Shown: in pieces, positions 25,601 through 36,090 of the stretch
Layout: every line of letters begins with the position of its first letter
Position numbering within the stretch: position 1 is the first letter of the stretch
DNA from: Nymphaea colorata
Lineage: Eukaryota
Direction: 5' to 3'
Assembly (NCBI RefSeq): GCF_008831285.2
Contig: NC_045138.2
Span: 11,532,001 to 11,596,000, forward strand
Length of the DNA stretch: 64,000 nucleotides
Translations under genes and position numbers: made by a program
Notes under the pieces: generated by a model
Told to the model about the DNA's origin: nothing
Databases searched by the model: none
What the model saw: only the letters and a program-made list of their open reading frames with translations

Positions 25601-26021
25601 AATTAAGGGAAAGGGCTTGCTTGCCTTGGATCTCGAAGCACTCGCTTTCGGTGCGGTCGACAAAGGCCACGGCGTAGTTTGGGTCATCGACGGACCGGAT
25701 GATGTACTGCTTCCGTCCGGCGGCTTCGTTGGGAACGATGCACCCCTGCATCTCCACGAACTCGTTCCGGCCCCTCCGTGCCCGGACCGAGATCGACGTC
25801 TCGTTCCGCTTGTAGGACGCACGCAGAAGCTTCTGTACCCCGCCCCTCCCTCCCTTGAAAGGCGCACACCCCACCATCGACCCTGCAACGTGCACCTCCT
25901 CCACGATGTCCCCCGTCTGCAACAATGCCCCATTCCATTCCTCCCCCTTCGTGCTCCCCTTCACACACTCGATTGCCAGGACCTGCGGGCTCTCGGCCCC
26001 CGCCCTCTCCGACGACCGCAT
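19673..26021 (-). CDS. Uncharacterised conserved plant protein (462 aa, 4 coding exons) with PDZ-like motifs
   Basis: Exons 26021-25625, 21966-21683, 20605-20378, 20152-19673 join in frame (397+284+228+480 = 1389 nt). Introns 2 and 3 are GT-AG, intron 1 is GC-AG. Blocks recalled from a family of plant proteins of unknown function: QTGDIVEE, APFKGGR, DPNYAV, DGYVSYPWEK, LARANAW, YGFEDYHGVDIGVV, LGFSISRTEEGFIYISSV, VLPWMVS..G.RCFDTVSLS.KLSLHRHA. Confidence 0.9.
24607..24869. repeat. Near-perfect 263-bp inverted repeat with a 141-bp A/T-only core
   Basis: 24607-24683 is the exact reverse complement of 24793-24869; 24668-24808 contains only A and T. Confidence 0.95.
25135..25490. mobile_element. 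Degenerate hAT-type MITE in intron 1
   Basis: Starts TAGGGCTGTA, with dense GAGC/CTCGA subterminal motifs and an A/T-rich centre; right terminus decayed. Confidence 0.5.
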
Positions 26022-26990
26022 CGATCTTCCTCGCCGTCCGCCTACCGCGCTCGGCGCCTCCGCATCGAAGACTTTGCCACTCCGCTCCGTCGTCCAAATC
26101 GCCCTCGCCGTGATCTCAACGATTTAGCCCTCTGATTCTCTATCTTTCAGAGCCGATCGCTGATTTCCCTCGATTGACGATGGCGCGACTGGTGATTTCG
26201 TTCCGCTGCCATACGAATTTGCTTCATGAACGATCGATTTTGTATGCACTATAGCTCGCCTGCGTCGTGTACAGTATTCGATTAGCGGACCAGCCATGAC
26301 CCTCGGATCACTGAATCATGTCGTTCATGAGAAATTTGTCGTAGCTTGACCATTTTTTTAAGGCAGAAACAGTTAAAATGTTAAATAACGGAAAATGCTT
26401 TAGCATTTTGAATGAGTTTAGAGCGAAAGAGTCCCTCTGCAACAAAATTGGAGACGGAGATCACTTAAAATAAGCAACATCCTTTGTCTTAATTCAGCAG
26501 TATCCATTGTTAGCGCGCAGAGTCTAATTTATGAGAATTTCTTCTCCGAAACAGCTGATATTTCTCGGGAAGACGACGACAGCCGGAGAGAGTCGAATTC
26601 TGCGGACTTTTATTTTGCTTGAAGAACTATCGAGAAATATCGACGTTAGAACAGGGAACTTCTGAGTCTTGCGGAATCTTAACGGAAACCAATCGGAACT
26701 TCTTCTCTATGCTAACTCCCATTGGTATCTTCCGATTTTTTTTTTTTTTTTTTTTTTGATTTGGGAACGTAGTGACGAACTTTGATCAAGAAATGAAACA
26801 ATTTGAGTCTAAAAGAAAGAAGGTTACCTGTCTGAAACCGGGAAGTAAGATCGCTCGAGCGGCCGGCAGAAAGGCGCTCCCCATGGAGAGAGAGAGAGAG
26901 AGAGAGCACGGAAGATATTGGCGTTGGTCGTTGGATGGGTTGACTTGGAAGAAGGAAGGGGCGCCGGCGATGTTGGATATTTATAGAACA
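26022..26990 (-). promoter_or_regulatory. Predicted core promoter and spliced 5' leader of the minus-strand gene
   Basis: TATAAAT on the minus strand near 26978-26984; (CT)n tract; donor CAG|GTAACC at 26828/26827; acceptor GCAG| at 26260/26259 with a CTAAT branch motif about 25 nt upstream. Confidence 0.55.
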
Positions 26991-28541
26991 GTGCATGCCC
27001 CCGATGATCGTTTTCTCGGGTTCCAAAGTCCACTCTTTGCTTCGTGCACACACACACCCACCCACCCAATCTCATGGGGGGCAGGCTGCCCCCCTTGCTT
27101 TCAACGCCCTCAATCTATGGCCCGGTGGATTCAAGTGAAACTACAGGCGCTGACGCCAGTAAATAAGAAGACGCCATTCCATAAATGCCCTTGAATTGAG
27201 GTGCTAACGTGGCAGATGAAAAATGGGGCATCCCATCAATACCATTGATTTACTTTTGTCATAAAAGGCAACTTTCCATTATCCATATTTGCAGGTTCAA
27301 ATGAAACTTAGAGCATGGGGTGCTTTTGGTCTTTTTTTTCAGGCCCTATATACGTTAACTTTTTGTTCATCTGAAAATGCTGTTGTTTCTTCCACTTTCT
27401 TACATATGTCCATATTAAAGTCATTCCTATAGTGTATGTTTGGCGAATGAAACATCATTATCTGAACATCTTAAAAAGTGTTTTATAAATCTACCATAAC
27501 TTCCATTTGCCAAAAGCATCTGCAAATGCTTATAAGATTTTGGGTGTGATTTCCTTAGGCAAAGAAAATAAATGTTCCAAAGTTATGGTACTTTGATTAT
27601 AAATGATAGTGGACTTCTTTAGTACACTCTTCAGAAATTTTCACATGAAGAACACACTATCAGTAGCTTTATAACAAAGAGAACTTTATAACAAACCTTT
27701 GACTGGCTAGAGCTCTATCTTCATCATGGGCTGAACCACAGCCTTATTTTGAACGCCATAAAAAAAAAAGGATAAAAAAATTAATGATTATCTACATGCT
27801 GTTTAGCTAGTTCTCACTCTTTCTCTCCCCTTCCATATGCCCCCCTTTGGCTCTTTTCTTAGTTCAAGAGTGCTCTTAGATAAGATAGATTAATTAAATA
27901 TAAATAAAAAATAAAAGCCATCGAGTCAGCAATATTTCAGCTTATACTAAAATTTTGAAACTATAATTCGACCTTCCTTATAAAAATTCATATCTCCACC
28001 CCTGACAAGAGTGCTAAAAAAGGTTAAGAGTACTAAAAAAGGTGAATTCGGTCCATGTAAAAGATACAAGGCTAAAGGTTAATATTTCGGAACTATGGAG
28101 CTTGAATCCATGAGCCAAGGGGTAATAGCAGTTCATGTCATAAATTGTTGCCATAAAACTGTGTTAGAGTATGAAAATGATAAAGATGATATGCAGTTGA
28201 AGACTGTATTCAAAAAGCTGATAGGGACAGTCGCATTAGTACTAGTCTCACACTGCAAGTTGCAAAAATGATTAACCAGGTCCAAAAATGATTGTTTTCT
28301 AGCTTTTTTTATTTTTATTTTCCTTTTCTTACATTTTTACAGATTTTTCAGAAATCAAGTAAACTTTAAAATAATAACTTTCCCATTTTTAATGGCACCT
28401 TGTGATACATACCTAAATCGAAGCTGGAGCAAGTTTTCACTATCTTTATTATATATGACAATTCATCAATCAATATGCTATATTAGGGAAACACTTGAGG
28501 AGCACCAGCAAGTGTTGCAAGCTTTAGAAGCACATCTAGTG

Positions 28542-29118
28542 TGTAATGCCCCACCTTTCAAAACTTAGTTTTTCTATTAAAGGTTGTGAGGAACCTTCAT
28601 AAGAAAGAGGGTTTTAAGTTTTGTTGTGGTGGTCCTTAATTTTTTTAAAACTTAAACTAAAGCTATTACCGAGAGAACAAGTCTGGTGTAGAAGTAGACC
28701 AAATTGTTACAATGGTATCAAAGTTAGCTTAAACATTCGGACTTAGGATTCCCCATAAGCAGATATATGTGCCTTAAGGGAGATGAACTATAATACCAAC
28801 CGCCGAAAAGAATGGAACGCTGCTTCGCTCTTCGGAGTACGTTAGATCCGGTATAACAAGCGGCGGGCTATTGACCCTCGAATTCAAATGTGGATGCAAA
28901 ATGCTATCCAGCTCTATTGTTGCTACGCAATAGATCCCAATTCCAAAATTTAGTCCTAAAAATGATAAAGAATGTTCAAGGGCTTATAAAGAAAGTTTTT
29001 AAATGATTAATTGTTCTGCCTCCTAACCTTTTTTAACCCTTAAACTAAAACTGATATGGGATAGCTTGAGACCTACCAAACCGAGAGTGCCAACCCATTG
29101 TGGGAGTGGGTCATTATA
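28542..29118 (+). mobile_element. Degenerate TRIM (terminal-repeat retrotransposon in miniature)
   Basis: LTR1 TGTAATGCCCCA...TTGTTACA 28542-28711; PBS TGGTATCAAAG 28713-28723; ~75-bp non-coding interior ending in purine-rich AAGGGAGATGAAC; diverged LTR2 28789-29118 sharing caaaa(c/t)ttagt and tttttaa..cttaaactaaa with LTR1. Confidence 0.6.
28801..28934 (+). pseudogene. ccmFN: NUMT: fragment of mitochondrial cytochrome c maturation gene ccmFN
   Basis: Translates AEKNGTLLRSSEYVRSGITSGGLLTLEFK, then after a frameshift VDAKCYPALLLLRNR. This matches the recalled angiosperm CcmFN segment AAEKNGTLLRSAGCVGSRITSELFTLKFKHVGAKCYPALLLRSNRS. Confidence 0.85.
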
Positions 29119-30285
29119 GAGTAGCGATCAAACAATATTTCCACAAGCTTTACAATACTATTATTGGTTCCATATAGCCATAGATAAAGTATATTTTCTA
29201 AAGTATCTTTGATTTAGTTCAAAATCTCCTTTTACATCTAAAAGGCACACGAAATGGCAATTATCTCGGTGTTCTATTCAGTTCCTTCATCTGTTTCATT
29301 TCATTCACTGTTGATGGTTGGTTTCCGTGCACTCAAGGGCAGGGATAGGAGGCCAGCAGGGGGCTCTCTCTTAGAATTAAAAAAAAAAAAAAAATCAAAA
29401 TTTTAATTGTACATTTTATAAACTTTAGTTTAACCTATATACAACAAAATCTGTTAAATTATATTTCAGTTTTAAAATTATACAAAAAAAAAAAAAACTT
29501 TTATATTTACCCTCGCTCGGAAAGCTTAGTATTGCAACTTTTCAAGATGTCAGGGGCAAAATAGTCCTTGAACAGTTTCACGGGAAGGGCAGAGTCGTCC
29601 TCCAAATCTCGTGGTCGGAGGTCCGGACTCAGGAGGGGACCCAACAAACGCGGAGGCGGTCTCCATGGATGGACGGGTATCGTATCGGGTTTGTAAAACG
29701 TGGGGGAGTGTCGTCCTGAACCTCCTTTTTCTCTCTGCTCCCTCGGCCTCAAGTTTAATGATTAAAAGACGAGCGCTTTATTTTAATAGATGAGCGCAAG
29801 GCGGCGACTTCGCTTGCTTGTAAAGAAAGGGGCTTTGATTTCTAGCAATTATTTACTTGTCAAGATGGGCCGATTGAATATTACAAAATGAATCTCACAT
29901 TTATCTGTACGCCGATCACGTGTGTTTCTCCTTGGGGTGCAGATGGGACTCCGTCCGGAAACGAGTAACGCGAGGAGGGATCCGAAACTGAATCTGAATC
30001 TGGACCAGACCCGATGCGCTGTATTCAATTATTGAATAACCCCATATGTCATTCCTTTTCAATTTAAAATACCGGAGAGTCAAGAACCCAAAACAGTCTT
30101 TTGCAGAAATCGGCCTCAGGATATGGTGATATTGGGGAAACAGCACCTGATAGTTAGTTATCTCGAGTAATACACTTGTTAAGCAAAAGGTCCATGAGTC
30201 ATCACCTCCTTCGAATTTTGTTGCTGAAGTGGTAAAATTATAAATTTTTTGTACCAATGAGAGAAAAGTAAAATATGACGAGGAT

Positions 30286-30653
30286 TAGAGATTTCAATGG
30301 ATTGAATTTGAATCAGGTATACCTTTAACTATATTTACTTTTGTAGATATTCATATATTCGGATTCAAATACAAGCAATGAAAACTCAGAACCGACTGAT
30401 TCCGAAATCTAATTTCACAATCCAAATCCAATCTGAAACTGATTTTTATATCTATATCCGAATTTGAATCCTGATTTGGCCAGTTTTCAAAATATAAGAG
30501 CATTTAATGTAGGATATTTAGTTAAAACTAAATTCGATCTGATATTACTTCTTAAATCTGAATCTTATCTAATTTTTTAATATGATATTAATTTTTCCAT
30601 ATTTGATTTTTTCGATTGAATATCTAATTGAATCAGATAAATTGACATTCATA
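30286..30653. mobile_element. Degenerate hAT-type MITE (ATCCGA/GGAT subterminal motifs)
   Basis: Imperfect termini TAGAGATTTCAAT...ATTGACATTCATA; repeated atcc/ggat motifs; 8-mer flanks acgaggat and ataaagat match at 5/8. Confidence 0.45.
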
Positions 30654-33600
30654 ATAAAGATCTCCAGAGAGCAGCAAAAAATGGAGATCTATGTTTCGAG
30701 TTAATGTTTTCTTCTTGTGAATATAAACTCATGATGGAGCAAATTAACGTCATTGAATTTCTGCAAGGTTGAATGGGGAAACACAGCAAGAAGCATGACA
30801 TTCATTAGTCAACAGAAAGAAAACAACCTAATTTAAAGGTACTTCAGTCATATCCTGTACTCCTTAGCTCACGTAGGGGGTACCAATTACGTAAATTGAT
30901 AAAGAACTTTTTTTTTATATAATAATTAAAAATTTCTAGCTGTGATTTAAATAATGTTGACCTTGGTTCCCTTTTTCATTAGCACCAAATGTTTAGCTAT
31001 ACTTTGAAAACAAAAGGTGAATGTGACGTTTACAATGTACAAAATGTAAGTGGTAATTTGGAGCCATCTGAAACCGAAGCCACATATTCAATATGCCAAG
31101 TTTGAATCCGTATTTGGAGATCTAGATCTGGACCTACAACCAGACACGAATGTACTCGTAACTAATGTTCGATTTGGAACTTAAGCACATGGATGTTTAG
31201 GTTTAACTATGGCATTTAGATCTGAAATATGGTTTACAAATTAATATAGTATCCTATAGATCTAGATCTGGTTAGACGTAGTAACACCATGTAACATGAG
31301 GAAAAAAGGTTGTGGGTTGACGATCATTTCAATTGAATTTTTTTACTTTCGTGATGTCAAATTTTTTATGTAAATAATATACAGTTGATTAGGAGTAATT
31401 AGTACTTTAAAAATCCTTTTGAAAGCTTAGCACAGATTCTTATATAGCTTTAGCTCTGCCCTCGACCTAATCATACACTACTGGCATCATGGCTTACGAT
31501 TGGGAGATTGGGGCGAGAAAAAAAAAAAAAAACTAGTCGTGCTTGGATCCAGATGTTACTTGCTTTTTTTTTTTTTTTTTCCTTTTTGACATAATGTGTT
31601 GCCATTATCACATATATAAGTTCATAACAAATAAATAAATAGCCCTGAGGGGCATAGCATATCTTGTTTAGTTGAAGGGTGCCTTGTTCCCACTTAAGTC
31701 CGAGTGCCAAACCCTGAAAGCTAGAGAAAAATGACAATTTTGAATATCTCGAATCAAATTACCCTTAAATAAATAAATAAACTTGTTTCTGTTAGAGTTG
31801 ATAACAAATCCAATAGAACCCTGTCCTAGGTCTCATTACTTTTCCCATAAGCAAGGGGCCAAGCCTAGTTTTGGGCAGTATATTTTAAACTAAACGAAAA
31901 ACGACTCGATAATGTAGTAGCAAACTCTAAGAGCTATATATAATAGTCAAGTCTGGAGTGTACTTCATCTCATTCCTTAGATCATCGCACTTAAATTGTC
32001 ACCTGTCTTAGCGGATCAATCGTTGAATTAGACAACAATAACAAAGTTACTTATATATATGTATGTGTATGTTTAACAAAATAATAAGGAAATAAATTAT
32101 TAAAAAATAAACAATTTCCTTTAATGGGTACCAGATCATCTGCCTCCCTGCTTGGATAAAGTATTTTCGAGACCAAAATTTGATCATCAGATGCTCAGCT
32201 CTTCACTTGACTTATGCTAGGCCTAGGCTACGGGTTGGGTATCCATCAGGTATTTAGTACCGGCTCGAGTCGGCTCGGCCCGATAATAATTAAAAAATAT
32301 TTTTTATTATTTTTAATTTAATAATATATATTTTATTATTAAAAATATTTTATAATTAAAAAATATTTTTTATTATCAAACGAACTCGACAAATTGAACC
32401 CCTTATGCCCCTTTGGGGGCAAATGGAAGATAAAATCGTTCTTACTTTTTTTTAACTTTTATTTTCTCATTTGTCTTGGAACATGACTGAAGTTTTTTTA
32501 GTAAAATGGTGACGCAAAAGACGGGTGTTAATGATATAGTGTATGCACAACTACAACCATCTAATATCCTTAGTGCTAACGCATTTTTAATAATCGCATG
32601 TGTTGGGATCACCTGCGCCCAGCACCAATTCACTTTTGCTCATCAAAATACCTCAAGGCAGAAAATTGAGGTAGGAAAATGGGCTTGCAGCCCCCCGAAG
32701 GAAATTAAATATCAGCTTTTAATTCTTTATTTCTCTTTTCCTTGTGCCAAAGCAGACGTGAATTTTCATGTTGTATGCTCTAATTCACAGGTTCAACCAA
32801 AAAAAAAAAAAAATCGATCACATCATGGGACCTTATCCAGCCAGTTGTTACGATCTATGGCTCGGGTTGGATTACACAATTCACAATGTCATTATAACAT
32901 GTAATAATATGCCATATTATCGAATCCACTTCCTTCCAAGACGTGTCGGCCTGTTAAGTTGGCTCTGTTTGAAGTCCCATCAAAATTGTTTACGGTACCA
33001 TGAAAGCAAGTATGAAAATCTTGGTTAATCCAAGGCATTTATGCTTTTGTTTATCTAGTAAGAGCTTTTGCTTCTGACAGCTTCTCAAACTTGTCTTAAC
33101 AGTCACCAAATGAAAATTGAGTCATTAATGGCGTTTCTCTCTCTCTCTCTCACACATAGAGAGAGAGAGAGAGAGAGAAATCACAGCTGAAGGGCCAAAT
33201 ATATATGATTAGTACCAGTTGTTATATATATATATATATATATATATAGTTGAAGGGCCAAATGTATATGATTACTATCAGTTGTTGCCTCTGAAAGGCT
33301 TTTTGTCTGCTATCGCAACTGGAACGGATTTTTTAGCCAAATTCAACCTTGACACAACTCCCAATGTACTTAGCTGTTCTGGATCCGAAACTTTTGGCTG
33401 ATAGTATCATGGGAGGCAGTGAGCCGCGCGCTCTGTTGTCCATGTGGAAAGCGTTACAGCAAACTTAAGCAAGAAGAGTCACCTTGGAAACAGTTCAAGG
33501 AAATTAATTAGCTAAGTTGTCTACGCAAAACCTACTTTGCTTTTTGATGGTTAAAACTTGCCATCCACACAACTTCGCATTGAATTGCCCCCACGCTTGA

Positions 33601-33665
33601 ACATACCAACCTCTCAACAGCAAAACATTAGCTATTGACTCCATGCCCTTCGGGAAATGTTCTAC

Positions 33666-33840
33666 CAATGGCGGAGTGACATTGTGGCTGGTGTAGGCAA
33701 TTGCTCATATCAGCTCACAATTTTTTTTTATTTATATATATATACTAGGATAGTTTTCAATTGTTTACATATGGGTGCCCCTTAGAATTTGAAATTTAAT
33801 AACGATGCCCCTTAAGCAGAAACCTTTAGCTCCACTACTG
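33666..33840. mobile_element. Short hAT-like MITE (CAGTGGCGGAG-type termini)
   Basis: Imperfect TIRs CAATGGCGGAG and CTCCACTACTG around an AT-rich interior. Confidence 0.45.
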
Positions 33841-35454
33841 GGTCATACTAACTTACATTTGGAAGTGAGAAAATAATAAAATGTTTGGCAAAAGGTTTGC
33901 AAGAACACTTTTCTATAGTTTTTTTTTCACCATAGATCTCGTCTGAGATCTGGGATCCATGGATTCAAAGTCGGATCCCCCATCCTCCGACCTTAAATCC
34001 ATGGGTTTTAATATATAGCATGGATTTTAAATCCATCCATGCTATTGAAATCCCAAAGCACACCTTTTTATGCAGCCTTGAATCTAAGGTTCAAGGCTAT
34101 CAAATGCAACTTATAAGTAAAAGTTTCATTGACTTGTTAGTATGATGAGAAAAATCCCACAAAAAATGATACCTTAAGAGTGCAAGCTGAATGGATGTAA
34201 AAAATTACAAAATTCTACTAGGAGATATTCCACAATATTGAAAATTTTCATTAGGGGGCTTTGGAGATCCCACACACACACAATCAGCTGGCCAGAAAAC
34301 ATGTATGATTCAAGGCTAGGCAACTGGAATCTGTCAAGAGACCACGGGTGGCCAGCTTAATTGTATTACACTTTTTCTTGCTTATTTTCTATTTTTCTTT
34401 CTCTTTGCTTTTCCTCATTCTCATGTTTAAGATTACCTTTGTTATCCATTTGTTTTTATGGATTTTAGTTTCAAAATGTCTTTAGCATCAATCTTTTGGT
34501 GTTCAAGGTTGTTAATCATATCCATCTATAAATACATAAGATGATGGAATTAAGCATCTTTTGTACCATTGATTTTATAGATGTTTTTGTGAATCCTTGC
34601 ATATTCAACACCATAATTAAAAGCAACATATAATGGGGTGGCATTAAACTTGAAATTTCTTTCTTAGGCTACAACATACAGTATATGTCAACAATACAAA
34701 TTATAATTATTTTATTTTTCTAAGTTGAAGTTTCGTTCACTTGCACAAGAGACTGTTTTCATGCAAATCGGCTTGAAGTGATTTTTTTTAACATGATTTT
34801 GGTTTCCCTTTTCAATTATTTATGTCTCTTTATAACATGTAATTATTAATCATTTACATATCAAAGCCTTGGATATGTTAGAGCTGGACAATCACTTGCC
34901 ATTTCTCTTCTTCAAACTTAGACTCACATGTGGGTTTCAGGGTTGCTGCATAAGCTCTCAAAGAATTCTAGGGGCAATGAGATCATCTTCTCTCATAAAT
35001 AGTTGTTTCCTCTTAAAATAGTTAAGATTTTTTTACTTATTCATGGATGCTTGTTTATGTATGTGTTATGGGCATGAATCATTGATGGAGAAGAAGATGT
35101 GGATGGGAGATTTAAGAGGTAGATAAAAGGAACCACACATAATAATTCAAGAAAATGACTTTCAACAAATGGTTCAATAGAAGACAGAAACAAATCCACT
35201 GTCTATTTTACATCATGCAATGCATGGAGTAACTCTCAATATAACAGTAAAAGCAAGACGTGTAGATGGATCGACTCATCAAGCTCCCGCCTTTCTTTTA
35301 GATTCAGTGCAATTGGATGCTTTGGTTCCTCCTCTAAGGTATGAATTGATTATGCATGTGCTTTCAATGAGTTGATTAGAAGGAGGGATGTCAAGATTAG
35401 GATAAAGTTCTCTATCATAAGGAGAAGAGATTTTTTAATTTGAGTCCCTAGTGA

Positions 35455-35676
35455 TTTTTTTTTTTAATGGGTGAGTGGTTTATTCACTACCCCTAAGAGA
35501 GGTCACTAGCCCTCCTTTGCCCATGACCTCTAGGGTTCACAAATCTGCTTTGGGACCTATTATGGTTCAGATGAAAAGCACAAGGAGACGTGACAGCCAC
35601 CACCCTAGAATGTGAACCCAAGTCCCTCTATGAGGTGGACTGCTTTGCTACCCAGTGTGCTACAAACCCCTCAAGG
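35455..35676 (-). mobile_element. tRNA-derived SINE-like element
   Basis: Minus strand: CCTTGAGGGG head, A-box-like TAGCACACTGGGTAG, B-box-like GGGTTCACATTC, ~220 bp long, ends in an A11 tail. No clear TSD. Confidence 0.6.
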
Positions 35677-35689
35677 TGAGTGTGAAGTT

Positions 35690-36090
35690 GTACGGGCTAT
35701 GGTGCTTAAAAAGAGAGCCTAATATGTGGGAGGTAAACTCTTGGTCGTGAGTAGTTGGCAACCAGGCATGCCGCTCCTAATTGACTCCAAGAGAAAAGCA
35801 TCAATATAGGTTAGATTGCCCAACTTGCATCCGATGATGTGGAATCACATAGTATTCTATATTTGTGGTGAATTCTTTAAATGGGGATTTGTTGGAAGTA
35901 GACGTGTCACCCAGAGGGATTATGCATCCCAAATTCATTGGTATTTGTGTGAATACCCCATTGAAAATGGATCTTCAACCAATAGTAGAGCTTGAGTTGG
36001 GAAATAAGGAAGTTTGATTGCAGCAAGTGGTTTATGGAAGCATACTTAGATTTTGTCAAGCCTATGGCATTCATTATCATCCTCTAGAGT
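35690..36090 (+). pseudogene. L1-type LINE ORF1 remnant (DUF4283 plus zinc-knuckle region)
   Basis: Decayed VGGKLLVVSSWQPGM, I*VRLPNLHPMMWN, FIGICVN.PL and QQVVYGSILRFCQAYGIH resemble the plant LINE ORF1 motifs WVRLPxLP..W / RICV / VxYE..P.FC..C...GH. Confidence 0.65.

Noticed and set aside
25457..26135. Multiple alternative-frame and antisense ORFs (also at 19708-20144 and 21624-22067)
   Set aside because: Shadows of the GC-rich exons of the real minus-strand gene.
29507..30257. GC-rich island with short ORFs
   Set aside because: No recognisable domain, splice structure or RNA-gene motif; left unassigned.
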